Source of the DNA: an uncultured Clostridia bacterium
GTDB taxonomy: Bacteria > Bacillota > Clostridia > TANB77 > CAG-508
NCBI GenBank assembly: GCA_947594935.1
Contig: CANQEM010000002.1
Location: 3,100-67,099 of the forward strand
DNA length: 64,000 nt
Reading direction: 5' to 3'
The notes under the pieces are model-generated. The model was not told the origin of the DNA. It did no database searches and was given only the letters and a program-made list of their open reading frames with translations. Position numbers and translations under genes: made by a program. Positions 1-8,276 of the stretch are shown here, piece by piece (the stretch's first letter is position 1; every line of letters begins with the position of its first letter).

Positions 1-760
1 CCATGTGCTTTTCATCTTCACATACAAATATTAGTTGTGGAAGTGATTTAAACCCTGAGTCACCTGCTACAAAGTTTGTATAGAAGTCTTGATATAAGTG
101 AAGTTTTTCAACTAGTTTTTTCTCCCATTCAGGTTCTCTCCTGATTACTTCAAACAAAAGTTGAATTGATTTATTGTTCTTAGTTAATTTTACGCATCCA
201 CCTGTTGCTTTAAATACTTTTCCAGCCACTTTTGCATTTATTGCTGGTTTTACTATGAATTCATCAAATGCTTTTACTTTTCTTAAATATGCAATAAGGG
301 TTTGATTTCCGGCTAATCTCTTTTTAATCATTGGAACTGGCTTTGTGTTGTCAGAAGGTTGCCATTTGCATTCAATTTCCTTTGATGTTAATAGATATTT
401 GCCCATTTTTTCTAGGCAGTAAATTCTATAAATTCCTTTACCTTCATCAGATGTAAAGAAATATCTTGTTAATATTTTTGATTTTACTAGTGCTTCTAAC
501 TTGTTGTTTAATTTGTCTTGTGATTTAGGGTCAAAACCTTTTATTTCTAGCATTTGATAAATTTGCCTAGATGTAATAAATTCAAATTGATTTACTAACT
601 CTAAGATTGCAAAATGAATGTCTGTAATATGCCCTATGTTTATTTTGTGTACAATTTGATTCATAGAAACATATCCGTCTTTTCCATCAAAAGTTTTGAT
701 TTCACCTTCTCTAACTGCAAAAGGTGATACTTGTGCTTTAATTTGGTTATCTTCAACCAT
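1..760 (-). CDS. Partial CDS (C-terminus lies beyond the window edge): winged-helix / replication-relaxation-like protein
   Basis: Not in the ORF track because it runs off the window. Minus-strand ATG at 758-760 preceded by GGGGGAA (766-772), open to position 1. Translation MVEDNQIKAQ..FAILELVNQFEFITSRQIYQML..KSKILTRYFF..GIYRIYCLEKMGKYLL..LLFEVIRRE..LIFVCEDEKH resembles the wHTH plus nuclease-like core of Replic_Relax family proteins. Family call is from memory only. Confidence 0.4.
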   Translation of the reverse strand, partial: MVEDNQIKAQVSPFAVREGEIKTFDGKDGYVSMNQIVHKINIGHITDIHFAILELVNQFEFITSRQIYQMLEIKGFDPKSQDKLNNKLEALVKSKILTRYFFTSDEGKGIYRIYCLEKMGKYLLTSKEIECKWQPSDNTKPVPMIKKRLAGNQTLIAYLRKVKAFDEFIVKPAINAKVAGKVFKATGGCVKLTKNNKSIQLLFEVIRREPEWEKKLVEKLHLYQDFYTNFVAGDSGFKSLPQLIFVCEDEKHM

Positions 761-772
761 CTTAATTCCCCC

Positions 773-1570
773 TTAAATAATAAATAATTTTATTTTTCTT
801 TTATTATAATCTATTCTTTTGATATATACATTGACTTCTTGCCCATATTCTAGGTTTGGTTTGAACTCTGACATACCAACTAAATTTGGAGATAATTCTA
901 TAAATATTCCATTTTTATTTTTTTCTGTTTCTCTTACAATACCTTTTACTACTTGACCTTGCTGGAACTTGTCAGCATTTTCTTCCCATGTTCCATATTG
1001 TTCTTTATATGATAAAGATATTCTACCTGTTTCTCTATCTATGTATTTTATCATAATGTTGACTTTTTGTCCAATTTTTAGCCTTTCAAAAGGTGTTTTT
1101 ATTCTTGCAACTGATAAATCTTCTATATGTGCTAAGCCTACAACTCCCCCGCCTATTTCAATAAAAGCTCCATAAGGTGCTATATTTTTAACTATGCCAC
1201 TTACATTATCTCCAACATTTAAATTATTTTTAACGGCTTCTATTACTTCTTCTTGCACACTTTTTCTTGATAGAATTGGAACGTTGTTTTCATCTACTCC
1301 TTTGACCTTAAATTGCACATATTTGTGAACTTTTCCTGTACATAAGTTTTCTTTTGGTAAGCCATTTTCTTGTAAATGTATCCCTTCTACTTCTTTTCTT
1401 GGTATTATGCCGATTACATGGTTTCCCATTTGTACATGTAGGTTAAAATCATTGTCACATGTTTCAACTATTCCTTGTAATATATCATTTTTATAATTAT
1501 TTATATCATTTGTTTCTATATTTGATAATTCTTCTTTCCAACCCTCTGGTAAAAATTGAAATGTATTCAT
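773..1570 (-). CDS. S1 RNA-binding domain protein (multiple S1/OB repeats)
   Basis: S1 signature GDNVSGIVKNIAPYGAFIEIGGGVVGLAHIEDLS, with further S1-like repeats before and after. RBS AAGGAGAAAC precedes the ATG at 1570. Confidence 0.8.
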   Translation of the reverse strand: MNTFQFLPEGWKEELSNIETNDINNYKNDILQGIVETCDNDFNLHVQMGNHVIGIIPRKEVEGIHLQENGLPKENLCTGKVHKYVQFKVKGVDENNVPILSRKSVQEEVIEAVKNNLNVGDNVSGIVKNIAPYGAFIEIGGGVVGLAHIEDLSVARIKTPFERLKIGQKVNIMIKYIDRETGRISLSYKEQYGTWEENADKFQQGQVVKGIVRETEKNKNGIFIELSPNLVGMSEFKPNLEYGQEVNVYIKRIDYNKRKIKLFII

Positions 1571-1605
1571 TTGTGTTTCTCCTTTTTCTTCTGTTAATTT
1601 TTTTC

Positions 1606-1634
1606 ATTATACACTTTTGTATAAAAAATTGCAA
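1606..1634 (-). promoter_or_regulatory. Sigma-A type promoter for the S1-domain gene
   Basis: On the minus strand: TTGCAA (1629-1634), 17-nt spacer, TATAAT (1606-1611). Lies 36 nt upstream of the start codon. Confidence 0.6.
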
Positions 1635-1641
1635 GGAACTA

Positions 1642-2346
1642 TTACATCAATTCGCTTTTTTGCAAATATCTCCACTTGCCTATTTCTAAATCTTTTACAC
1701 TGATGTTCCCTATTTTGCTCCTGTGTAGTGCTAATACCTTTCTTTCAATGGCATCACACATTTTCCTTATTTGTCTGTTTTTGCCTTCATGAATTGTTAT
1801 TTCTAATCTTGAAATGTTTTTTTCAGTATCTGTTTTTAGTATTTTAACTTTTGCTGGTCTTGTTGTATATCCACCTATATCTACACCATTTTTCAACTTT
1901 TCTACTTCTTCGTTTGTTACCATTCCTTTTAAAGTAACTGTGTATGTTTTATTTATTTCATGCTTAGGATGTGTATATTTATATACAAAATCTCCATCGT
2001 TTGTTAATATAAGTGCACCAGATGTGTACATATCTAGCCTCCCCACTGGTACAACTCTTTCTTTTACTTTGACTAAGTCTAATACAGTATCTCTTGCAAA
2101 TTGGTCTTTAACTGTTGTTACATATCCGACTGGTTTATTTAGCAAAATGTATACTTTTTTCTCGTTGTTTTCCACAATTTTTCCTTGATATGTGACTAAG
2201 TCTTTGCCTTCTATGATTTTTGTTCCTAATTCTGTTACAACTTTTCCATTTACTGTTACTTTTCCATCTAAAATATATTGTTCACAACTTCTGCGTGAGC
2301 CAACCCCACAATTTGCTAAGTATTTTTGTAATCTCATTTCTTCCAT
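1642..2346 (-). CDS. rluB: 23S rRNA pseudouridine synthase, RsuA/RluB family
   Basis: N-terminal S4 domain (RLQKYLANCGVGSRRSCEQYILDGKVTVNG), catalytic GRLDMYTSGALILTNDG motif, NRQIRKMC motif. Confidence 0.85.
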   Translation of the reverse strand: MEEMRLQKYLANCGVGSRRSCEQYILDGKVTVNGKVVTELGTKIIEGKDLVTYQGKIVENNEKKVYILLNKPVGYVTTVKDQFARDTVLDLVKVKERVVPVGRLDMYTSGALILTNDGDFVYKYTHPKHEINKTYTVTLKGMVTNEEVEKLKNGVDIGGYTTRPAKVKILKTDTEKNISRLEITIHEGKNRQIRKMCDAIERKVLALHRSKIGNISVKDLEIGKWRYLQKSELM

Positions 2347-3254
2347 TTATACCCAAGCTCCTTTGTAATGATTTCTTCTAAATATTCTGGCAAAGGTGCC
2401 TCAATATATATATCTTTTCCTGTTATTGGGTGCTTTAACTCTATCGCTTTTGCATGTAAACATTGCCCTGTGATACCCCATTGGTTTTTTCCATTTGAAT
2501 ATACATCATCTCCTACAATTGGGTAGCCAATATGTGATAAATGTACTCTTATTTGATGTGTTCTTCCTGTTTCAATTTTTATTTCTAATAATGTTACATT
2601 TTCTTTATTAAAGCGTTCTAAAACTTTAAAATGCGTTACTGCATTTTTGCCATCTCGGCTTACTGCCATTTTTTTTCTGTCTGATGTGCTTCGTGCAATT
2701 GGCATGTTGATTGTTGCTTCATTTTCCTTTATAATGCCTCTTACTAATGCAATATATGTTTTCTTTATTTCATGGTTTTTTAACATATTGCTTAAAGCTA
2801 TATGTGTTTTATCATTTTTGGCAATCATGACCACACCAGATGTGTTTTTGTCTAATCTATGCACTATTCCTGGTCTGATTTCTCCACCAATTCCTGATAA
2901 GCTGTCTTTGCAAATTGCCATAACTGCATTTACTAATGTTCCGTCTGGGTTACCATTTGCAGGATGTACAACCATTCCTTTTGGTTTGTTGACTATAAGC
3001 ATGTCCGCATCTTCATAAAGTACTGAAATTGGGATGTTTTGAGCTTTTAGCTCGATTTTCTTTGGTTGTTCTTCCTCTATTTCTATTACATCATTTTCTT
3101 GCACTTTATATGATGGTTTTACTTGCTTTCCATTTACTAATATATTTCCTTTTTCTAGTAAACGTGTAACTGTTACTCTTGAAATTTCTTGCACTTTTGC
3201 TATATAGCTATCTATTCTACTATTTATTTCTTCGTTCACAATTATTTTTTTCAC
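2334..3254 (-). CDS. rluD: RluA/RluD family pseudouridine synthase
   Basis: S4 domain followed by HRLDKNTSGVVMIAKN and GRTHQIRVHL motifs. Overlaps rluB by 13 nt. Confidence 0.85.
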   Translation of the reverse strand: MKKIIVNEEINSRIDSYIAKVQEISRVTVTRLLEKGNILVNGKQVKPSYKVQENDVIEIEEEQPKKIELKAQNIPISVLYEDADMLIVNKPKGMVVHPANGNPDGTLVNAVMAICKDSLSGIGGEIRPGIVHRLDKNTSGVVMIAKNDKTHIALSNMLKNHEIKKTYIALVRGIIKENEATINMPIARSTSDRKKMAVSRDGKNAVTHFKVLERFNKENVTLLEIKIETGRTHQIRVHLSHIGYPIVGDDVYSNGKNQWGITGQCLHAKAIELKHPITGKDIYIEAPLPEYLEEIITKELGYKWKK

Positions 3255-4951
3255 TTTAACAATCCTTCTTCTAATCTTCTATAAATTACAAAATTGTTGT
3301 CTTCATATAGTTTGATAAATCTTTCATCTTTCGTGTCCCTTATAAGCATATTTGTCTTAGAGTCTTTGTAAGTTATAACATGTGTTATATCATATTTTTC
3401 AAAAATTGTTTCATAATATTTTGAAATTGTAGATAAATCTATGAAATCACTGAAAATGTCATCTTCTTTGCCATTAAATTGTGGGTCATATACATCTGCT
3501 CTGGAATCAATGAATACTGGTATGCCTTTAAATAGCATGTAGCTTCCATAATTGTATTCGTTATAAAATCTGGCTTTTCCTAAGTCAATATTTCTTAAAA
3601 TGAATTCAGATGCTTCAACTGGATATGAAGTTGTGCTGATATATTTACCACCCACTCTATATCTGATTGTGTTATAGCCTATGAAAATTACAAGCACACT
3701 AATAAATGCTGCTGGAATTATTTTTGTAAAATATCCTACAAACTTTCCTGCATCCACTTTATACTCTACAAACAGCTGTAATACTAGCCTTGCTAAAACT
3801 AGTGCACCAATTAGGGTAAACATTGTGATTTGTCTTCTTGAGAGTAACATTAAATATCCTAAACCACCTATAAAGAATAAGTCTTTCAAGCATATTTTTG
3901 TTTTTGTAAATGTAACAACTGCTAAGAAAATAACTATCATACATAAAGCTTCTTTGCTTTCTGCTAATGTTAAAGGCAAGTGTTCATTTATGTTGTCCAT
4001 TGTGTTGCCTTTTACACTTTTATATAAGTATGTGTATGGTGTGTCTCCAATTGGTGTTAATAGTCCTGTAAATATACATATTATCATTATTAAGATTAAG
4101 AATTTTACATTTTTATCATTTGCAAGTTTGATTTTATATGGGTTTTTTAAATTTTTTCCTCTCTTAATTTTAATTCTTGATAATAGTTCTGATTTTTTAG
4201 TTTTTAGCTCTTTTAAAGTTTCTAGCTTTTCTTCATTTATTTTAATTCCTTTTTCCTGACGCTTTTCCATGTAGTCTATTCTCTTATTTAGTATAAACAT
4301 GCGGAATTTTTGGTATAAAATGATTTCTGCAATGTTTGCGATAATCCACTCTCCAATGTATGGCAAATATAGTACAAAATACATTGGGAAGACTGCTGCA
4401 TGCACATTTGCAATAATAATTGGTATGATTATTAAGCCCAGGGCGTAATACCATTTCTTTGTTTCTAAGAATTTTTCTATAAAGAAAATGGTCCAAATAA
4501 ACAGAATAAATGTAACAAGCTGAGCCCTTGCTGCAATATATGGTTTTAATACATACATTGCTCCTAATGTAATAAAAAATGCTACAACTTCATTTTTGGT
4601 TAGTTTTGATATTACTAAAAATATTGACATACCTAGCACACATGCTAGTAAACATGTTGCAACATAAATTCCATGCCAGCCGAAGCTGTTATATATAAAA
4701 TACATGCCTAGGTCATATAGCCAATGTGGGTATGTATATGGCAAGCCTTCGTGCCATGCAAAAGGTTCTTTCATGTCTACCCCATTTTGTGCAATATGCT
4801 CCCCTACTTTTACTGTGTAAAATGTATCGTTCTGCATTGTAACTGGGCACATTGTAACTGAGAATATGGTAATTAGTGTTAATGCTAGTATTGTGAATAT
4901 TGTAGCTTTTGATATTTTTAATTTCTTTTTCTCTTCCATAGTTTCCTCCAA
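3251..4951 (-). CDS. Polytopic membrane protein, GT-C-fold (ArnT/PMT-like) glycosyltransferase-like, with internal coiled-coil insert
   Basis: At least 10 hydrophobic helices, a large C-terminal soluble domain, 4-nt overlap with the rluD start. Family assignment rests on general architecture only. Confidence 0.45.
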   Translation of the reverse strand: MEETMEEKKKLKISKATIFTILALTLITIFSVTMCPVTMQNDTFYTVKVGEHIAQNGVDMKEPFAWHEGLPYTYPHWLYDLGMYFIYNSFGWHGIYVATCLLACVLGMSIFLVISKLTKNEVVAFFITLGAMYVLKPYIAARAQLVTFILFIWTIFFIEKFLETKKWYYALGLIIIPIIIANVHAAVFPMYFVLYLPYIGEWIIANIAEIILYQKFRMFILNKRIDYMEKRQEKGIKINEEKLETLKELKTKKSELLSRIKIKRGKNLKNPYKIKLANDKNVKFLILIMIICIFTGLLTPIGDTPYTYLYKSVKGNTMDNINEHLPLTLAESKEALCMIVIFLAVVTFTKTKICLKDLFFIGGLGYLMLLSRRQITMFTLIGALVLARLVLQLFVEYKVDAGKFVGYFTKIIPAAFISVLVIFIGYNTIRYRVGGKYISTTSYPVEASEFILRNIDLGKARFYNEYNYGSYMLFKGIPVFIDSRADVYDPQFNGKEDDIFSDFIDLSTISKYYETIFEKYDITHVITYKDSKTNMLIRDTKDERFIKLYEDNNFVIYRRLEEGLLK

Positions 4952-4960
4952 ATTTTCCCT

Positions 4961-5007
4961 AAAAAAATTATACTTGCTTTTTTATTAAAAAGCAAGTATA
5001 TTTTTTT
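4961..5007 (-). terminator. Rho-independent terminator (bidirectional shape) after the SSB-like gene
   Basis: 12-bp stem TACTTGCTTTTT / AAAAAGCAAGTA (4971-4998) flanked by an A-run and a T-run. Confidence 0.7.
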
Positions 5008-5019
5008 CTTTTTCGTAGT

Positions 5020-5724
5020 TTAAACTGCTTCTTGGTTTTCTTCTACGCTTTCTGTTTGTGTTTCTCTTTCTGTATCATTTTCATCAACAATTTCTAGACT
5101 TCCAATTGAAACTTCGTATGCAATTCTTGTTTCTACTGTTCCGTCTTCAAATTTTTTCTCATATTGTCTTGATTGAACTCTTCCCACAATTCTAACTTTT
5201 GTTCCAACTTCTAAGTTTTGTGAAAATCTTGCATTTCTTCCCCATGCAATACTTGGTATATAGTCTGATTTGTTATATGCTCTGTTTACAGCTAATAATA
5301 AGTCTGCAATTTCTCTTCCAAATGGTGTTTGACGGTAAATTGGTTTTTTGCAGATGAAGCCTACTAAAACAACTTCATTTGTAACACCGTCTTTTTTTGC
5401 AAATTCGTTTTCTTCTTCTTCTTGTAATTCAATAATGTCTTTTGCAAAAACTGTTAAAATCAATTTGTTTCTCTCATTTTCATAGCTATTATATGATCTG
5501 AATTGTCCTTTTACTAATAGCTTTTTGCCTTCTGCTAGCATTTCATCATTTATTAGTCTTTCTGAAACTGTGATTGGTATTAAGTCTGCATTTCCGCTTA
5601 AACGCTCAATGCTTAATTTAAATGTATAAAATCTTTCTCCGTAAATTTCGTGACTAAATTCTTTTTCTCCTGTTACTTTTCCAACTAATGTTAAATAGTT
5701 GCTTTCTAAATAATTTGTATCCAA
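5020..5724 (-). CDS. Tandem OB-fold single-stranded-DNA-binding-like protein
   Basis: Two SSB-type OB repeats (LTLVGKVTGEKEF..KLLVKGQFRSYN and EVVLVGFICKKPIYRQTPFGREIADLLLAV..KVRIVGRVQSRQYE). Probable TTG start at 5722-5724, 7 nt after GGGAGGAA. The track ORF extends to 5802 without an RBS. Confidence 0.6.
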   Translation of the reverse strand: MDTNYLESNYLTLVGKVTGEKEFSHEIYGERFYTFKLSIERLSGNADLIPITVSERLINDEMLAEGKKLLVKGQFRSYNSYENERNKLILTVFAKDIIELQEEEENEFAKKDGVTNEVVLVGFICKKPIYRQTPFGREIADLLLAVNRAYNKSDYIPSIAWGRNARFSQNLEVGTKVRIVGRVQSRQYEKKFEDGTVETRIAYEVSIGSLEIVDENDTERETQTESVEENQEAV

Positions 5725-5838
5725 TTTTGTTTCCTCCCTATTTTTATTTTTCAATTGTATAATTATCTTTCCGTATTGTCTACATCTACTATTATACAAC
5801 ATTTTTTTGGTTTTGTCTACATAAAAAGTTAATTTTTT

Positions 5839-6309
5839 TCAATATTTCATAGATTTTCCATAAATTTTGTTAAGAATAAACCATATTATGTGCCCATATA
5901 CATCTAAATTATCGATTGTTTCAACTCTTTCTTCTTCAATTTCTTCTAGCTTTCCTTGCTTATTTATGAATTCTCTTTGCAAGGCAACCATAATACTGTC
6001 TTCTTTTATACTAGATGCTGTGACTGTGCATTTATGGTTTAAACCGTATGTTATAATCGTTCCTTTTACATTTTCTATGCTTTTGTTTTGGTCTGAATTT
6101 ACTAGTAAATAACGTGCATTTTTACAGATTTTTTCAAACTCTTTTTGATGAGTTTTTATGGGTTTGTTGATAATTAGTGTGTCGAACTTTATGTTTTGCA
6201 AATTTTCAATATGTGTATCATCAATAAAAATCATACTGATTTTATTGCTCATTTGTTCTTTTAAAATTTCATATTCTTTTCTGTTTGCAAGCATTGCAAC
6301 AAATATCAT
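5839..6309 (-). CDS. Hypothetical protein (156 aa)
   Basis: Clean ORF in an operon-like position. No motif recognised. Confidence 0.5.
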   Translation of the reverse strand: MIFVAMLANRKEYEILKEQMSNKISMIFIDDTHIENLQNIKFDTLIINKPIKTHQKEFEKICKNARYLLVNSDQNKSIENVKGTIITYGLNHKCTVTASSIKEDSIMVALQREFINKQGKLEEIEEERVETIDNLDVYGHIIWFILNKIYGKSMKY

Positions 6310-6343
6310 AATATTTCTCCATTTCTACATATATTATTTTCAG

Positions 6344-6514
6344 CTATGGAGAATTTATACATGTATTTTGAACTTCATTTATTTCCTGCGTTGATGCAGT
6401 TACGCTGTCTTTTTGTTCTTCTATCATGATATGTGCCACACAAAAAAGTAAAGCAATAGTTATAATTGATATGCAGTATGTATATATTTTGTCTTTATTG
6501 AAAACAAAAAACAT
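6344..6514 (-). CDS. Small hydrophobic protein (56 aa), below the ORF-track cutoff
   Basis: Hand translation: MFFVFNKDKIYTYCISIITIALLFCVAHIMIEEQKDSVTASTQEINEVQNTCINSP. RBS AGGAGTG overlaps the cwlD stop. One predicted TM helix. Confidence 0.4.
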   Translation of the reverse strand: MFFVFNKDKIYTYCISIITIALLFCVAHIMIEEQKDSVTASTQEINEVQNTCINSP

Positions 6515-6526
6515 TTTAAATCACTC

Positions 6527-7253
6527 CTAGCTTTGAAAGTAGTTGATTATTCCTTTGTATATACCAGTTGCTAGTTTGTTTTGATATTCGTCTTTTAGCA
6601 GTTCTTTTTCTTCTTCTGGGTTTGATAAAAAGCCACATTCTACAATTGATGTTGGAATTTTTATATGTTCCATAATATATATTTTTTCAAGTTTTAGTGC
6701 TACTCTTTTGTTTTCCTTATCCATGCTCTCATTTAAGGCATTTTGTAGGCTATCTGCTAGTCTTTTGCTGTTTTCGTTGTTTTTTTGAAAAAAGCATTGC
6801 CAACCACTATATTGTTCTTGTGGTATTTTGTTTAAATGTATTGATACAAAAATATCTGCTGATGAGTTATTCCCTATTTTTACACGGTTGTGTATGTCTG
6901 ATGTCTTTTTTTCTTTAATACTTTTGGCGTTTTCATCATATATTCCGTTTTCGTCTTTTCGTGTTAATATTACTTTAATTTCGCTTTCTTCTAGCAGTTT
7001 CTGAACTTTCTGAACAATTTTTAAATTGATTTCTGCCTCTGTTGTTCCTTGCTTACTTTCTGCCCCTTCATCTGGTTTGCCGATGCCCTGCATCTAAGAT
7101 AACTACTCTATTTGAAATTGGCTCAGATGAGGTTTGCTGAGTTTTGCTTTCTGCTTTGTAGGCAAATGTGAAAATTCCTGTTAGAATTATAAGTAGCATT
7201 ATACTTATTCTTTTTCTATTCATTACAATCATATTTTGCACCTCTTTATACAA
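6527..7253 (-). pseudogene. cwlD: N-acetylmuramoyl-L-alanine amidase CwlD (Amidase_3), reading frame broken near 7080-7083
   Basis: ORF 7068-7253 encodes a signal/TM peptide plus VVILDAGH, then stops. ORF 6527-7093 continues in another frame with GKPDEGAES..VSIHLN..GFLSNPEEE. The expected HGG motif is read as CAT-C-GGC-AAA. Confidence 0.7.
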
Positions 7254-7294
7254 AATATTATTTTCTTTGTGGTTTTATTCATAAATTTTTGGCA

Positions 7295-7324
7295 AAAAGA
7301 AAAAAGTGCCTTATAAGCACTTTT
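7295..7324 (-). terminator. Rho-independent terminator after the REC-GGDEF gene
   Basis: Stem AAGTGC / GCACTT with a 7-nt loop, followed on the minus strand by a T-run. Confidence 0.6.
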
Positions 7325-7336
7325 GTGACGATTTTT

Positions 7337-8266
7337 TTAATCTATTTTTCTTCTATCAATTGAATAGCTACTGCCATTTACTGATTTTGCTGCATGTTTA
7401 ACTTGCGCTCCTACTTCCCCTATTTCTAGCATATTGAAAAAGCGGTTTACATCTGCTACCACAACTCCTATTGAGACTGATGTTAATGGAAATTGTTCGA
7501 TAATTCCTCGCCTATTTGCTACTTCTATATAACCTTTTTTTGCATCTTCTGGAGTGTAGAAATCTAACACTTTTGCATCAAATTGTGAAATGATGTCTTG
7601 GCATAGTTTGTCACATTGAATTGTTGGTACTATTGCAACAAAGTCATCCCCTCCTATATGCCCTACAAAGCTACCATCAGCTATTTTTGTGTGTACACTT
7701 GATACAATAGTGTCTGCTGTAAATTTTATGATTTCATCGCCTTTTAAGAAGCCGTACACGTCATTATATGCTTTGAAGTTATCTAAGTCAACATATAGAA
7801 CTGAAAAGGCTTCTTTATTAAGCAATCTCTTTTTTAATTCTGCATGTATTTGTACATTTCCTGGCAAACCTGTTAGTGGGCTTATTCTTCTGTTAATAGT
7901 TAGCAATCTGCCCATATTCTTTACTGTGTAATACAAAAATTTCTCATTTACAGGCTTTTTGATGTAATATTCTATTGATTCTTGTAAAATGCGTAAACGA
8001 TGCTCTATATTGTCATTTGAAGATACCACAATAACTGGTGTTATTGTGTTATCCTCGTCGTTTCTTATTCTTTTACATAGGTCGATGACGTCTACTTCAA
8101 TTGCATCTTCATTTATTATTATCATTGCTGGTATGTTTTTTAGTGCTATTTCTATCATGTGTGATTTTACACTTATAAATTTGTAGTCTAAGTCATTTTT
8201 AAATAATTCTTGAAATACCAATATTGAAGAATCATCATCATCAATAATATAAATTTCTTGTACCAT
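7337..8266 (-). CDS. Response-regulator receiver-like domain fused to a GGDEF-family domain (GGDDF variant)
   Basis: IIDDDD..PVIVVSS..YIKKP receiver scaffold. PLTGLPGN..YVDLDNFKAYND..HIGGDDFVAIV GGDEF-type domain. Start taken at the ATG at 8264-8266, 6 nt after AAGGAG. The track ORF starts at 8290 without an RBS. Confidence 0.75.
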   Translation of the reverse strand: MVQEIYIIDDDDSSILVFQELFKNDLDYKFISVKSHMIEIALKNIPAMIIINEDAIEVDVIDLCKRIRNDEDNTITPVIVVSSNDNIEHRLRILQESIEYYIKKPVNEKFLYYTVKNMGRLLTINRRISPLTGLPGNVQIHAELKKRLLNKEAFSVLYVDLDNFKAYNDVYGFLKGDEIIKFTADTIVSSVHTKIADGSFVGHIGGDDFVAIVPTIQCDKLCQDIISQFDAKVLDFYTPEDAKKGYIEVANRRGIIEQFPLTSVSIGVVVADVNRFFNMLEIGEVGAQVKHAAKSVNGSSYSIDRRKID

Positions 8267-8276
8267 TTTCTTCTCC

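Noticed and set aside
3681-4259. Long + strand ORFs antisense to minus-strand genes (for example 3681-4259, 24619-25224, 35180-35800, 36601-37200, 43599-44093, 12872-13363)
   Set aside because: All lie wholly inside well-supported minus-strand genes, lack RBSs, and have Ser/Phe/Leu-rich low-complexity translations typical of shadow ORFs in AT-rich DNA.
7060-7100. Programmed ribosomal frameshift in cwlD
   Set aside because: There is no slippery heptamer, homopolymer or downstream structure at the shift site. A mutation or sequencing error is the simpler explanation.
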